Shown: one piece after another, positions 19,001 through 28,659 of the stretch | How positions within the stretch are numbered: position 1 is the stretch's first letter | Layout of the letters: each line of letters opens with the position of its first letter | From: a virus | Reading direction: 5' to 3' (one strand) | Virus record (IMG/VR): IMGVR_UViG_3300035670_000091 | DNA length: 64,000 bases | Notes under the pieces: generated by a model | The model's input: only the letters and a program-made list of their open reading frames with translations | What the model was told of the DNA's origin: nothing | Database searches by the model: none | Position numbers and translations under genes: made by a program

Positions 19001-19489
19001 TTAGGCTCCTAAAAATAGAAATGAATTAAAGTTTGCTTCTCCTGAAGGGCCTTGTGGTCCTTCTACCCCATCTGCACCAGCCACTCCCGCAGGACCTTGT
19101 GGGCCAGTAGCAGTACCAAACTCTACCCAGTAAGAGTCATAGTAAATGAAAAACTTACCTGCAGTAGAGTCAAACCACGCATCTCCAGCAGAAGGAGACG
19201 AAGGGGCCGTTTCAGATACAGTGTACTTTCCAGCATCCCCTGTAGCACCTGTGGGGCCAGTAGCTCCAGTTGCACCTGTCGCACCAGTAGCTCCAGTGGC
19301 TCCCTCTAAAGAGGCAATCCATTCGGATTCAGTACCGACAAATCCGTTTTCAACAGCAATGTCATAGGCAGACTTAGATGCGGTTCTAGGGTTTAACACC
19401 CATACAGAACCGTTGTATGTCCAAGTCTTACCGCCAGCACTAAAACTAGTGCCGTTACTTGGGCTATTTGGGAAATCAATTGCTGGCAT
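19001..19489 (-). CDS. Fibre adaptor with collagen-like repeats
   Basis: MPAIDFPNSP start, (GAT)n Gly-X-Y repeats, ends SFLFLGA. Confidence 0.8.
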   Translation of the reverse strand: MPAIDFPNSPSNGTSFSAGGKTWTYNGSVWVLNPRTASKSAYDIAVENGFVGTESEWIASLEGATGATGATGATGATGPTGATGDAGKYTVSETAPSSPSAGDAWFDSTAGKFFIYYDSYWVEFGTATGPQGPAGVAGADGVEGPQGPSGEANFNSFLFLGA

Positions 19490-21132
19490 TATCCACCTAC
19501 GTACATAGCTGTTGGAGGGGTAAAGTTTGATGTGTATTTAGCTGTTCCAATGTACATTCTAAAGTCTTGGATGTACCCGTTAAATGACTTTGGATAGCCA
19601 GGAACCCATCTGTAGCTACCGATTCGCATTTCACGACTGGTAGGGTGGGTAATGTTGGCACTGCTAGTAGTGGTTCCAATCTGAGTCCCGTTAAAGAACA
19701 TTCTAAAGGTGTTGCTACTTCTAGTAACAGCAATGTGGTGCCAAGTGTTCGTAGTAGGAACGGTACTAGAAGAGATTCCGACATCCCATCCACCATTTTC
19801 TGATGCGTAGAAATATAGTGGGTTATTTGCCTCTGTAATAATAATCCAGCCATTTTGCTGGTCGGCTGAGTCACCACTGTGAGACGCAAGGCACTGATAG
19901 CCAATGCTTGTTGCAGTAAAGTAGAACCAACCTTCGATGCAGAAGTTGTTATTAGTGACCGCTAAATCTGAAGAATTAGGTATTGATAAGTACCTGTCTT
20001 GGCTTACTGTCCCATTATTTAGAGAACCAGTATAGAACTTATACTGAGCAGAAACGATGTCTGAGCCGTTGACAGGGGTTACTACACGGTTAGTACCACT
20101 GCCAGAGATACTTGCAGAGTAGTCTTGAATTCCTAGACCAGTTCCTAAAGGAAGAGCTACCTTCAAATAAGGAGCAAACTCATCAGTTGCCCAAATAGTC
20201 GTGCTTTCTTGAACAGCGGTCTTAGGGTACCTAAGCACTACTATTCCAGAACCACCAGCACCACCGTTAAGCCCAGAGTTATCGCCAGCCCCAAGGCCAC
20301 CACCGCCACCGCCACTATTGGCGATACCATTACCTGCAGGTGGGTATGAGCCAGTGTCATCGCTGCCGTTGCCGCCACCGCCAACTCCGCCAGCAGATGC
20401 TCCGCTGCCGTTAGACCCTGCGCCTCCGCCACCTGCGTAGTAAGCCCCATTTAGCCATTGAAGCCCTACGCCACCAGCACCAGCCGCCGAGCCGCTACCA
20501 TTGCCACCAACAGCGCCAGCACCTCCGCCGCCACCGCCTGCGTAAGCATTAGCTGAGTTAGAACCTGAACCACCATTATTACCCTGGCCCGGAGTTCCAG
20601 CACCGCCAGCGTTGTTGTTGCGGGCTCCACCACCGCCAGAACCACCGCTGGCTCCTCCAGTACCGTTAGGATAAAGGTAGCTTTGCCCAGTACCTCCACC
20701 GCCTCCAACAGAGGCTGTAAGTGCGCCAAACTGAGAGTTACCGCCAGAAGAACCTCTAGTAGTGTTCTGAGAAGTAGCCCCAGCTCCGCCAGAACCGACA
20801 GTCACTGTGTAGCTACCAGAACCTAAAGACTGGGATAAGAATGACTGGTAACCACCAGCTCCACCACCACCACCGAGAGCTTTACCGCCACCACCGCCAC
20901 CAGCAACTACCAAAATATCAGCAGTAACTGGCCCATTAGAAACGGTCAAAGTGCCACTACCAGTAAACATACGGTAGTAATACGTTGCATCTGAAGTCAC
21001 TGTTCCACCAGTTAAAGACGGCTTAGGAGCCCAAACTCCATCCCTTTGAAACTGGTACTGTTCAGATACGTCAAATACCCCTTTTGTAGTGGTAGTTGCT
21101 GTAGGCCCTAATCGCCCACCGTTTTTAGGCAT
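19489..21132 (-). CDS. Glycine-rich protein with C-terminal LamG/ConA-like lectin domain
   Basis: Gly-rich module, then FCIEGWFY...WHHIAVTR...FNGYIQDFRMY...YTSNFTPPT. Confidence 0.85.
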   Translation of the reverse strand: MPKNGGRLGPTATTTTKGVFDVSEQYQFQRDGVWAPKPSLTGGTVTSDATYYYRMFTGSGTLTVSNGPVTADILVVAGGGGGGKALGGGGGAGGYQSFLSQSLGSGSYTVTVGSGGAGATSQNTTRGSSGGNSQFGALTASVGGGGGTGQSYLYPNGTGGASGGSGGGGARNNNAGGAGTPGQGNNGGSGSNSANAYAGGGGGGAGAVGGNGSGSAAGAGGVGLQWLNGAYYAGGGGAGSNGSGASAGGVGGGGNGSDDTGSYPPAGNGIANSGGGGGGLGAGDNSGLNGGAGGSGIVVLRYPKTAVQESTTIWATDEFAPYLKVALPLGTGLGIQDYSASISGSGTNRVVTPVNGSDIVSAQYKFYTGSLNNGTVSQDRYLSIPNSSDLAVTNNNFCIEGWFYFTATSIGYQCLASHSGDSADQQNGWIIITEANNPLYFYASENGGWDVGISSSTVPTTNTWHHIAVTRSSNTFRMFFNGTQIGTTTSSANITHPTSREMRIGSYRWVPGYPKSFNGYIQDFRMYIGTAKYTSNFTPPTAMYVGG

Positions 21133-21491
21133 TAAGCAATCTCCTCATAAGAGATAAGAATTACTAGGTCGCTGTTTTCAGATGCTGAGGCGTAGATGCC
21201 TTTACCTTCTTCTACATAAATAGCGCTTGATTTATCTAAAACTGTAAGAGCAGAGTCAGAAGGTACCGAGATAGTGCTAGCAATTGGCGACGCAGCTACA
21301 GCGGTACCATAAGACACAGTGACGTCAGCAGCGTTTGTGCCGTCAATGTTGGTGACAATAATGGTGTTAATCTTCAGCACTTTGCCGCTAGAGCTGCTGT
21401 TAGTCACTATGCCCTCTGTAGTAGTGGTTAGAGCAGCGGTAACGGTTTTACCATAAATGCTAGTTACGTTGACAATGTTTGGATTAGCCAT
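21132..21491 (-). CDS. Small beta-sandwich fibre-module protein
   Basis: MANPNIVNVTSIYGKT...ISYEEI; same slot as the KVLAQSAP paralogues. Confidence 0.75.
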   Translation of the reverse strand: MANPNIVNVTSIYGKTVTAALTTTTEGIVTNSSSSGKVLKINTIIVTNIDGTNAADVTVSYGTAVAASPIASTISVPSDSALTVLDKSSAIYVEEGKGIYASASENSDLVILISYEEIA

Positions 21492-21650
21492 TTATCCTCC
21501 AAAGACAATAGCCATGGCAATGGCTTTTCCAGTAGAAACAGACCCCTCTGCAATCGCTTCCCAGCGAGTACCTGTGTACTCCCAAGTCTTACCGTCAACG
21601 GTGTATGTTTCTCCAGTAGTAGGGCTGTCAGGAAAATCAATAGCAGGCAT
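21492..21650 (-). CDS. 52-aa fibre adaptor MPAIDFPDSP...KAIAMAIVFGG (not in ORF track)
   Basis: Hand translation; paralogous N-terminus to 19001-19489 and 22497-23024. Confidence 0.75.
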   Translation of the reverse strand: MPAIDFPDSPTTGETYTVDGKTWEYTGTRWEAIAEGSVSTGKAIAMAIVFGG

Positions 21651-21690
21651 GTATCTAGTTTGCCTTATTTATTTGATTTAGGCAGGGTTA

Positions 21691-22497
21691 CTAACCGCCA
21701 ACTGCAGACTTGAGATAGCGAACAATCACTACACCAGAACCACCAGAACCAGCAGAACCTGAGTTTGCGTAGAGTGTTCTACCGCCACCGCCACCTCCAG
21801 TATTCACAGTTCCCGAACCTACGTTATACGCATTCCAGTTTGCACCAGAGCCATTTCCACCACCGCCAGCGCCACCATTGGCAGGACCTGTCCATGTTCC
21901 ACCGCCACCACCGCCTGCGTATAGTGCGTACTGAGTTTGCCCAAATCCCCGTGTAGTGGTGCCTTGACCTGCTCCATCTTGCCCGCTTCGTCCAGGAGCC
22001 AAGGAGCCTACTCGCTCTCCATCACTACGGCCATTACCGTAACATCCTCCACCAGAACCACCGTTACCACCATCGTAGTAAGGGCTACCAGAAGCGTACC
22101 CAGCTTGCCCAAATCCACCGCCGCCACCGTTTACAGACAGTGCTCCTAACGAGCTACCTGCTCCAGCAGAGCCGTTACCTCCACCTGAACCTGCTCCTCC
22201 ACCTCCACCGCCAATAGTCACAGTGTAGTTTCCAGTTAAAGGTTGGTTAGAGTGAGTAGCCGTATAGCCACCGCCGCCGCCACCACAGTACACTCCTGCG
22301 ATGTTATCGACGGTGCCACCTCCACCACCGCCTCCTACAAGAAATACGTCTGCAGTAAGAGGAGCTGCTGATACGGAAAGGGTATTACTAGCAGTAAATG
22401 TACGGTAGTAATAAGTGTCGTCTGAAGTAAGGGTTCCCCCAGTTACTATAGGAAAAGCAACCGAGGAGGCACCCATGGTTCCTAGTGTAAAAGGCAT
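21691..22497 (-). CDS. Glycine-rich domain protein
   Basis: TGGTLTSDDTYYYRTFT...GGSGVVIVRY. Confidence 0.85.
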   Translation of the reverse strand: MPFTLGTMGASSVAFPIVTGGTLTSDDTYYYRTFTASNTLSVSAAPLTADVFLVGGGGGGGTVDNIAGVYCGGGGGGYTATHSNQPLTGNYTVTIGGGGGGAGSGGGNGSAGAGSSLGALSVNGGGGGFGQAGYASGSPYYDGGNGGSGGGCYGNGRSDGERVGSLAPGRSGQDGAGQGTTTRGFGQTQYALYAGGGGGGTWTGPANGGAGGGGNGSGANWNAYNVGSGTVNTGGGGGGRTLYANSGSAGSGGSGVVIVRYLKSAVGG

Positions 22498-23024
22498 TAC
22501 GCCGCCAAATCTCCTACTAGTACGTAGGTATTAGTAGCTATACACTTCAGAGTAGCAGGAGAGTACTGAGCAGAAGTTTTTCTATTGTTACTCTTGCTAT
22601 TGAGCGTAATTCCAGAACCTGGAGTAAACGTAATCTGTGCCGCATTTGTCTGAATAAAGTCAACTTGTTCACCGACAGCAAGGCCCTGAACAGTGACAGT
22701 AACTGCGCCTGAGTTGGTGTATAACTTTCCTTTATCAGAAGATTGCAAGGTGTAATTTGTGGATAGATTAGCTACAGTCTGCGCTGTATCAAACCCACCA
22801 TCAGCACCGTCAGCACCGTTAGCGCCAGCAGCACCGTCAGCCCCAACAAGAGACGCAAGCCATTGGGCTTCAGTGCCTACAAAACCATTTTCTACGGCAA
22901 TAGCATAAGCAGACTTACCTGCGTTTATTTTGCGCCAAACTTCGCCATCCCACTGCCATAGAAAGCCACCAAGCGTCTCCTGCTGATTCAGCGTAGGAGA
23001 AGAGGGAAAGTCAATAGCAGCCAT
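22497..23024 (-). CDS. Fibre adaptor (xAIDFP family)
   Basis: MAAIDFPSSP; C-terminal YTLQSSD.GKL...LVGDL domain. Confidence 0.75.
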   Translation of the reverse strand: MAAIDFPSSPTLNQQETLGGFLWQWDGEVWRKINAGKSAYAIAVENGFVGTEAQWLASLVGADGAAGANGADGADGGFDTAQTVANLSTNYTLQSSDKGKLYTNSGAVTVTVQGLAVGEQVDFIQTNAAQITFTPGSGITLNSKSNNRKTSAQYSPATLKCIATNTYVLVGDLAA

Positions 23025-23060
23025 AGGCTTATTTTACTTTCTAATAGAAGTAGTTACAGG

Positions 23061-24329
23061 CTAAGCAGGAGTCAGGTAACGGATGATGACTACACCAGAG
23101 CCGCCCAGTCCAGACACAAACCTTTGTGAGCGTCCTGCATTTCCGCCATTACCCGTGTTAGCAGCAGCATTGCTTGCGCTACCTGTGCCGCCACCAGATA
23201 GCCCAGTACCACCAGTAGCGTATGTAACGCTAGTTCCAGTAATAGAGTTTGCAACTCCAGGGCCAGCAGTAGGGGTTCCTCCAGCACCACCAGCACCACC
23301 ACCGCCACCAGATGTAGAGCCAGCTCCACCAGAGTTACCGTTTCCTCCAGCGTAGCCTTCTACGGGGGAGTACCCTCCAGCGTTACCTGCTGCTCCAGTA
23401 AGAGTGCCTGGAGTACCACCACCACCACCAGAACCACCAGAAGTAGGCTGTACGTAAGTACCTCCACCAGAACCACCCGCACCGCCACCAGTAGCGCTTG
23501 TGCTCAAGAAAGAGGAATTGCTTCCAGGAGTTCCCACTCCTTCAACGGCACCACCAGCGCCTATAACTACGCTGTATGAGCCTGGCTGCAGAACTTGAGA
23601 GGTTAGGTATCGATATCCTCCAGCACCACCAGCACCAGTGTTGTAGTCAACTAGCGATGTGGTTGACCCCCCAGACCCTCCTCCTGCAACCACTAGGTAG
23701 TCAACAGTTGCTGGGCGCAAAAGGTTAAACGTACCAGAGCTAGTGAAAGAGTGGATGGTGTAACCGCCACTGGCTGTTACTGTTCCTCCCTGGGCTACTG
23801 GAGAAGCTTTGGTTAGTCCGTCTGCGCCACGTTTTATGCCGTATAAAGAAGCGTATGAGTACTGCACAAAAAGCCCTGTAGCTGCAGCTATAGTCAGGCT
23901 TGTAATAGGAGCAGAGTTACTCCAAAGAGCCTCTGTAATAGCGTTAATTGCTGAGGCATCGTTTCTTTCAACGGATGTTTCTGCGCTAATTCTCTTGTTA
24001 TTTGCAGAGCTGTACCCAGAAAACATAACTGATGAGTTACTAAAGGTATTAGCAGTGTTATTTCCACGAGCAGTCTGATGGTAAATAACTGCTGGAGTGT
24101 TTACCAACGTTCCTGTAGTAGTAGAAAACCCATACAAAGCTCTAGAGGCCATGTTTGCAGAGGAGCCATTCGGATAAACAAACGCATTTTCCCAACCCCC
24201 AGCTGCGACGTTGTCTCTTAAAGAAGTTACTAGTAGTAAATCGTCGTAAATCTGAGGGATATTACTGAAGATAATATTTGCTGAACCACCAGACCCGACC
24301 TCAATTGTTTGAATGTGATACTTAAGCAT
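23061..24329 (-). CDS. Fibre-module protein, N-terminal beta domain plus Gly-rich domain
   Basis: IQTIEV.SGG...I.FSNIPQ.Y.DL plus Gly-rich module. Confidence 0.8.
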   Translation of the reverse strand: MLKYHIQTIEVGSGGSANIIFSNIPQIYDDLLLVTSLRDNVAAGGWENAFVYPNGSSANMASRALYGFSTTTGTLVNTPAVIYHQTARGNNTANTFSNSSVMFSGYSSANNKRISAETSVERNDASAINAITEALWSNSAPITSLTIAAATGLFVQYSYASLYGIKRGADGLTKASPVAQGGTVTASGGYTIHSFTSSGTFNLLRPATVDYLVVAGGGSGGSTTSLVDYNTGAGGAGGYRYLTSQVLQPGSYSVVIGAGGAVEGVGTPGSNSSFLSTSATGGGAGGSGGGTYVQPTSGGSGGGGGTPGTLTGAAGNAGGYSPVEGYAGGNGNSGGAGSTSGGGGGAGGAGGTPTAGPGVANSITGTSVTYATGGTGLSGGGTGSASNAAANTGNGGNAGRSQRFVSGLGGSGVVIIRYLTPA

Positions 24330-24811
24330 TACGCAATCCTCCCGTACAGTGAGAAGGTTGAGCCGATGGCAAAACTTTGAGCGGTCATGTAGAAAGTTAG
24401 GGAGTTAATAGCAGCCGTACTTCCCCACCGCACTGCCAAAGCGTTAGTGTTCGCACCTGCCCACCTACTTAAATACAACTTATTTTTATCTGTAGCGTTT
24501 GAATCGACTATAGTTACCGTGCACAAATCAAAATTTGAAGTTGAAGGGAACACGTTAGGAGTTAGCCATCCACCAGTAGTAGTACCTGTGTTGGACAGCG
24601 TGCCTGAGCCGTCTCCCGCTATTTGAATAAAGCTGTAGTTAGACCCTGTGTCCCCATTGATTCTCATTCGGGGCTCTGCTCCAGAAGTGGCTTTTATGCT
24701 AGTTACAACTACTAAATCTCGGTAATTATTGGGAATTCCAATAAAAGAAACCTCTGTGGCTGCAGACTGTAAAGTGATAGTAGCTAAGGCGGTCGTTGAT
24801 TGAAGGGCCAT
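24329..24811 (-). CDS. Fibre-module beta domain protein
   Basis: LATITL.SAATEVSF.GIP.NY.DL...FSLYG. Confidence 0.75.
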   Translation of the reverse strand: MALQSTTALATITLQSAATEVSFIGIPNNYRDLVVVTSIKATSGAEPRMRINGDTGSNYSFIQIAGDGSGTLSNTGTTTGGWLTPNVFPSTSNFDLCTVTIVDSNATDKNKLYLSRWAGANTNALAVRWGSTAAINSLTFYMTAQSFAIGSTFSLYGRIA

Positions 24812-25401
24812 TACGCAGTCACCCCATATAAAGAATATCTACTACCGATTTGAAACGCATTACCGCCTTCAGCAACTAGCTTGATAGAAGTAATAGGAGA
24901 TGTGCTCATCCAAACTCCTGAGAACATGCTCACTATGCTTGCGTAAGAAATTGCTCCAGTAAGGGACCTTACTGTTTTGTTTTTTACAGAAGAAGACCAG
25001 TCAAGTATTTCAGCTTCTGCAATTCCAAAGTTTCCAGCGTTAGTGCTGCCGTGAGGATTCCAGGAAGAAAGAATTGAGCTGTAAGGCACGGCGGATTCCG
25101 ACGCAAGAGTTCCGTTATACCCTCTAAGAGCATGGTAAGTGTAGTTGTTGCCGCTATCGTTATTGAACTGAGTAATTAGTGCTCCAGTTCCAGTATTACT
25201 AGTGTTTCTAGTAGCAACTACCAGCCTTAAATGACGGTACACTCCGTGATACTGACTTAGATTTGCAAACTCTACGGAAGTTGCAGTGCCGCTTAATACG
25301 ACGGTCTCAATTAGGTATTCGCTAGAAGGAACGTTAAATGTGTCTAAGTTGCGGTACTTGACATCATTGGTAAGGCTAGACTGCGAAGCAGACTTAATCA
25401 T
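24811..25401 (-). CDS. Fibre-module beta domain protein
   Basis: LIETVVL...VEF.NL.QY...Y.HL; paralogue of 27754-28323. Confidence 0.75.
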   Translation of the reverse strand: MIKSASQSSLTNDVKYRNLDTFNVPSSEYLIETVVLSGTATSVEFANLSQYHGVYRHLRLVVATRNTSNTGTGALITQFNNDSGNNYTYHALRGYNGTLASESAVPYSSILSSWNPHGSTNAGNFGIAEAEILDWSSSVKNKTVRSLTGAISYASIVSMFSGVWMSTSPITSIKLVAEGGNAFQIGSRYSLYGVTA

Positions 25402-25411
25402 GTTCTGCTCC

Positions 25412-25648
25412 TTAGAGAACTAGAAGCGCTGCCTCTTCTTCGGTGAGAGGCTGGCCTGAAACAAGCTTTGCACGAGCAGAAGCCTTCAGTGCTTCAAGCT
25501 CTGCCTCTGCAGCTTCACGAGCAGCCTGCTCCTCAGCAGCTTGAGCTGCTAGTGCCTCACGCTCGGCAATCTCTTCCTCAGAAAGAGGTACGTAAGTCTG
25601 TGCGCCAGTGGCACAGTCAACTACAAGCTTCATAGGGGTGTCTGACAT
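25412..25648 (-). CDS. Small fibre chaperone-like protein
   Basis: VVDCATG.Q.YVPLSEEE...AKL..L.EEEA..L. Confidence 0.65.
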   Translation of the reverse strand: MSDTPMKLVVDCATGAQTYVPLSEEEIAEREALAAQAAEEQAAREAAEAELEALKASARAKLVSGQPLTEEEAALLVL

Positions 25649-26013
25649 TATTCTCCTTCAGAAATTGGCTCAGGATTTGGGGCAGGTAGCTCTACCCAGG
25701 ATACAGACTCCTCATTCCAACCATAGATACGGCCATCTTGTGGGTAAGCTACTGGAGCCTGCCAACGACATGTCTCCTCATTAAGCTCCCAAGACTCAAA
25801 GGGTTTTGGTGGAATGAAAGCGTCACGCTCTTCATCGTACACATAGCCAATGCCCGCAAAGTTCTTACGGATAGTAGAGTTGTATGACGTCTGCACCCAG
25901 CGACCACCTAGGTTCTCCACGAACCAGTCGTAGCCCTCGTTAGGCATGTTGTTGTCGCCTACAAGAACACGTAGGACAACGTTATTCTCATCAAGTTCTG
26001 CAAAATGTGACAT
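25648..26013 (-). CDS. Conserved fibre-associated protein
   Basis: HFAELDENN.V.RV.V...W.QTSYN..RKNFAGIGY.YD...DAFIPPKP..SW.L.E.TC.W.AP. Confidence 0.75.
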   Translation of the reverse strand: MSHFAELDENNVVLRVLVGDNNMPNEGYDWFVENLGGRWVQTSYNSTIRKNFAGIGYVYDEERDAFIPPKPFESWELNEETCRWQAPVAYPQDGRIYGWNEESVSWVELPAPNPEPISEGE

Positions 26014-26027
26014 GTCTTTATTCTATC

Positions 26028-27293
26028 CTAATCTGCTCTGTATCTAATGATAACTACGCCTGAACCACCGTTGCCCGTAAAAGCCTGGGTGCCGCCACCG
26101 CCACCGCCAGTGTTAGCAGTTCCCGCAGTACCCGCAACACCTTCTCTGCCGCCATTTCCACCGCCTCCTAAACCACCAGTTCCACCAGTGTAATAGCCTT
26201 CACCTCCACCCCCACCTGCGTAGTAGTTGCCGTTCCACAGTATGCCGATACCGCCAGCTCCGCCAGTACCGTTAGTAACACCATTAGCACCTACTGCGCC
26301 TGCGCCACCGCCGCCACCCGCCCCACGTTGCGCAGACAAGCTGTTGCTGGTTCCGTTGCCTCCGTTGCTACCCTGACCTGAGGTGCCAGCCCCGCCAGCA
26401 GAGCCATTAAATGTTCCGCCACCACCGCCAGAGCCACCAGATGCTCCAGCAGCTTGATAGCCACCACCGCCACCGCCTCCGACAGTGGATGTAGAAAGAA
26501 ATATGGAAGAGGTGCCACTTGAACCATTACCAGCTCCTGCTCCACCTGAACCGATTACTACAGGTAAGCTTCCTGCAGATACAGCCACTCCAGAAAGAGT
26601 ACGTGCTCCTCCAGCACCACCACCGCCGCCTACGTCGCCACCTCCACCGCCACCAGCAACGATTAGAGCGTCAACTGTCAGGTTTTGTTGGCAAGAAAAC
26701 GTGCCAGAACCAGTGAATGTGTGTACCCAGTAGCCATTCGAATAGGTGATGTTTCCACCAATAGCTTTAGGTTTACCCACAGCTGTTTTTCTAACAACAC
26801 CATATAGAGAAACTGACGAGCCCGCAGCGAACTGACCTCCTCCGTCAACAAGCCTTATAGAGGTGACTGCGGCTGTGCCCGACCACCTGCCCCCTGCTAA
26901 AGAGGTGTATGTAGTAGATGTGCTTGTATTAGGTGCTACAGCTTCTCCAAGAATCATCTTGGTTCTAGAAGACGTGTAGTCCATAATGGTGTATCTGCCG
27001 TTAGAAAATACGCCAGCCCCATGAGAGCTGCCTGTATTATCTCCTAGGTACATGTAAGTGAGTGTCGCACCATAAGCAGTGAGGCTAGACCCTGCGTCAC
27101 CTTGTGACAGCTGAAAGGTGTAGTTGGAGCCAGTGTCCCCATTCAGCTGAAGGGTTGTGTACCTATTTGAGTTACCAGAATTTCTTAAGGAGTAAACAAC
27201 TTGTAAGTCTGTAAAGTTCTGAGGAATGTCGGACAGCACGATGTCGTTAGCTGCCGAGTCTAGAACTACTCGTCTGATTAATGAGAACGACAT
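26028..27293 (-). CDS. Fibre-module protein, N-terminal beta domain plus Gly-rich domain
   Basis: Paralogue of 23061-24329. Confidence 0.8.
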   Translation of the reverse strand: MSFSLIRRVVLDSAANDIVLSDIPQNFTDLQVVYSLRNSGNSNRYTTLQLNGDTGSNYTFQLSQGDAGSSLTAYGATLTYMYLGDNTGSSHGAGVFSNGRYTIMDYTSSRTKMILGEAVAPNTSTSTTYTSLAGGRWSGTAAVTSIRLVDGGGQFAAGSSVSLYGVVRKTAVGKPKAIGGNITYSNGYWVHTFTGSGTFSCQQNLTVDALIVAGGGGGGDVGGGGGAGGARTLSGVAVSAGSLPVVIGSGGAGAGNGSSGTSSIFLSTSTVGGGGGGGYQAAGASGGSGGGGGTFNGSAGGAGTSGQGSNGGNGTSNSLSAQRGAGGGGGAGAVGANGVTNGTGGAGGIGILWNGNYYAGGGGGEGYYTGGTGGLGGGGNGGREGVAGTAGTANTGGGGGGTQAFTGNGGSGVVIIRYRAD

Positions 27294-27754
27294 TAGCCCC
27301 TCACTCCAAATACGTCGATTACGGAGCCTGCACCAAGACTTCCTGAGTTGTTAAATAGAAGCAAAGAAGTGACTGCAGCCGTGCTATTCCACCTGCTAAC
27401 GTAAAAGCTGTTAGGACCTCCCACCGTGAATGCCCTAGTAATAATCGTCTTAGTTTTTGTAATGTCTGTATAGTCAATTACATAATTACGAGAGATTATG
27501 TCGCTATTGGAGGGGTTGTACCACATACTGGCCTCAGTAGAGGTGCCGCTAGCAAAGCTGCTTCCAGTAGAGTCCATGTAGATTAGCGAAGCTCCAGAAG
27601 AGCCGTTTAGTCTTAGCTGGTACTGATTAGCGGAGTTTCCCCTGACATCAATAATTAGCGAAACGTAATTTTGAGGAATGTTAGAAAAAGTTATCGCACC
27701 TGTACTTGCCGCTAGTTCTATGGTGTTTATTAACTCATAAGTTGGTGTAGGCAT
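27293..27754 (-). CDS. Fibre-module beta domain protein
   Basis: TYELINTIEL...ITFSNIPQNY. Confidence 0.75.
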   Translation of the reverse strand: MPTPTYELINTIELAASTGAITFSNIPQNYVSLIIDVRGNSANQYQLRLNGSSGASLIYMDSTGSSFASGTSTEASMWYNPSNSDIISRNYVIDYTDITKTKTIITRAFTVGGPNSFYVSRWNSTAAVTSLLLFNNSGSLGAGSVIDVFGVRG

Positions 27755-28323
27755 TACTTCACTCCATACAAGTAAAAGTCTGACCCTGCAGCAAAAGAGG
27801 CTGACTCAGGGAATAGGCGAATGCTAGTAATTGACGCTGTGCTGTTCCACACGGAGTTGTGGAAGTGAATGTAAGTAGCGTCTCCCCCAGAAATAGAGCG
27901 AACTGACTTGGTTTTAGTAGTGGAAAACGCATCAGTTATTTCAGCGATACCTTGAGCGAACAATGTAGCAGCCGATGTGTACCCCAAAGATGCGGCAACT
28001 CCTTGGTACGAGTACACGCCTCTACCCCCACCTTCTGCCAAAATAATGTGTCTCCAGTAATTTGTCTGAGTGGTGTCCCCATTAAATTGAGCAAAAAGAA
28101 TGGCTTGATTGCTACCTGAGGTGCCTTTGCAATTCCACCATAGTTGAAGATGGTCGTAATCTACAGAGTACTGTTGTAGATTAGAGAACACGACTTCTGA
28201 AGCATTTGCTCCCAATTTAACGGTTTCTAAATGGTGAAAGTCGTTACCGCTATACCCAGTAAGCAGTGAGTTAACTGCTGGGGTTTGTCTAACAGATGAT
28301 TGGGCAAGGCTTTTGACTGCCAT
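27754..28323 (-). CDS. Fibre-module beta domain protein
   Basis: Paralogue of 24811-25401. Confidence 0.75.
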   Translation of the reverse strand: MAVKSLAQSSVRQTPAVNSLLTGYSGNDFHHLETVKLGANASEVVFSNLQQYSVDYDHLQLWWNCKGTSGSNQAILFAQFNGDTTQTNYWRHIILAEGGGRGVYSYQGVAASLGYTSAATLFAQGIAEITDAFSTTKTKSVRSISGGDATYIHFHNSVWNSTASITSIRLFPESASFAAGSDFYLYGVK

Positions 28324-28331
28324 TATGCCCC

Positions 28332-28658
28332 CTAAGCAGCGGTCTCTGAACCGAAGACGCTAAAGCTCAAGTTTGCAGTAGAGGCGTACACAGTGAGTAC
28401 GTCAGAAGCGTCCATGGTGATACCCGAAGTAATGGTGGTTGAGTCAGATGCTCCAACAGTAACGTCGTATGCAATGTAGTGCTGGTTAGCAAGAGTAGCA
28501 CCGTTTGGACGTACAGCGATTCTGTAAGTCGCAGGAGCTGCCGAACGGTTGCATACGAAGATGGTAGAGATAACCGTCTCAGTGCTTGAACCTACAGTGT
28601 AGATGTCGGTGTTGGTAGTAGCGCTCGGTGCGCTCTGTGCTAGTACTTTTACTGCCAT
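28332..28658 (-). CDS. Small beta-sandwich fibre-module protein
   Basis: Close paralogue of 18671-19000. Confidence 0.8.
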   Translation of the reverse strand: MAVKVLAQSAPSATTNTDIYTVGSSTETVISTIFVCNRSAAPATYRIAVRPNGATLANQHYIAYDVTVGASDSTTITSGITMDASDVLTVYASTANLSFSVFGSETAA

Positions 28659-28659
28659 C

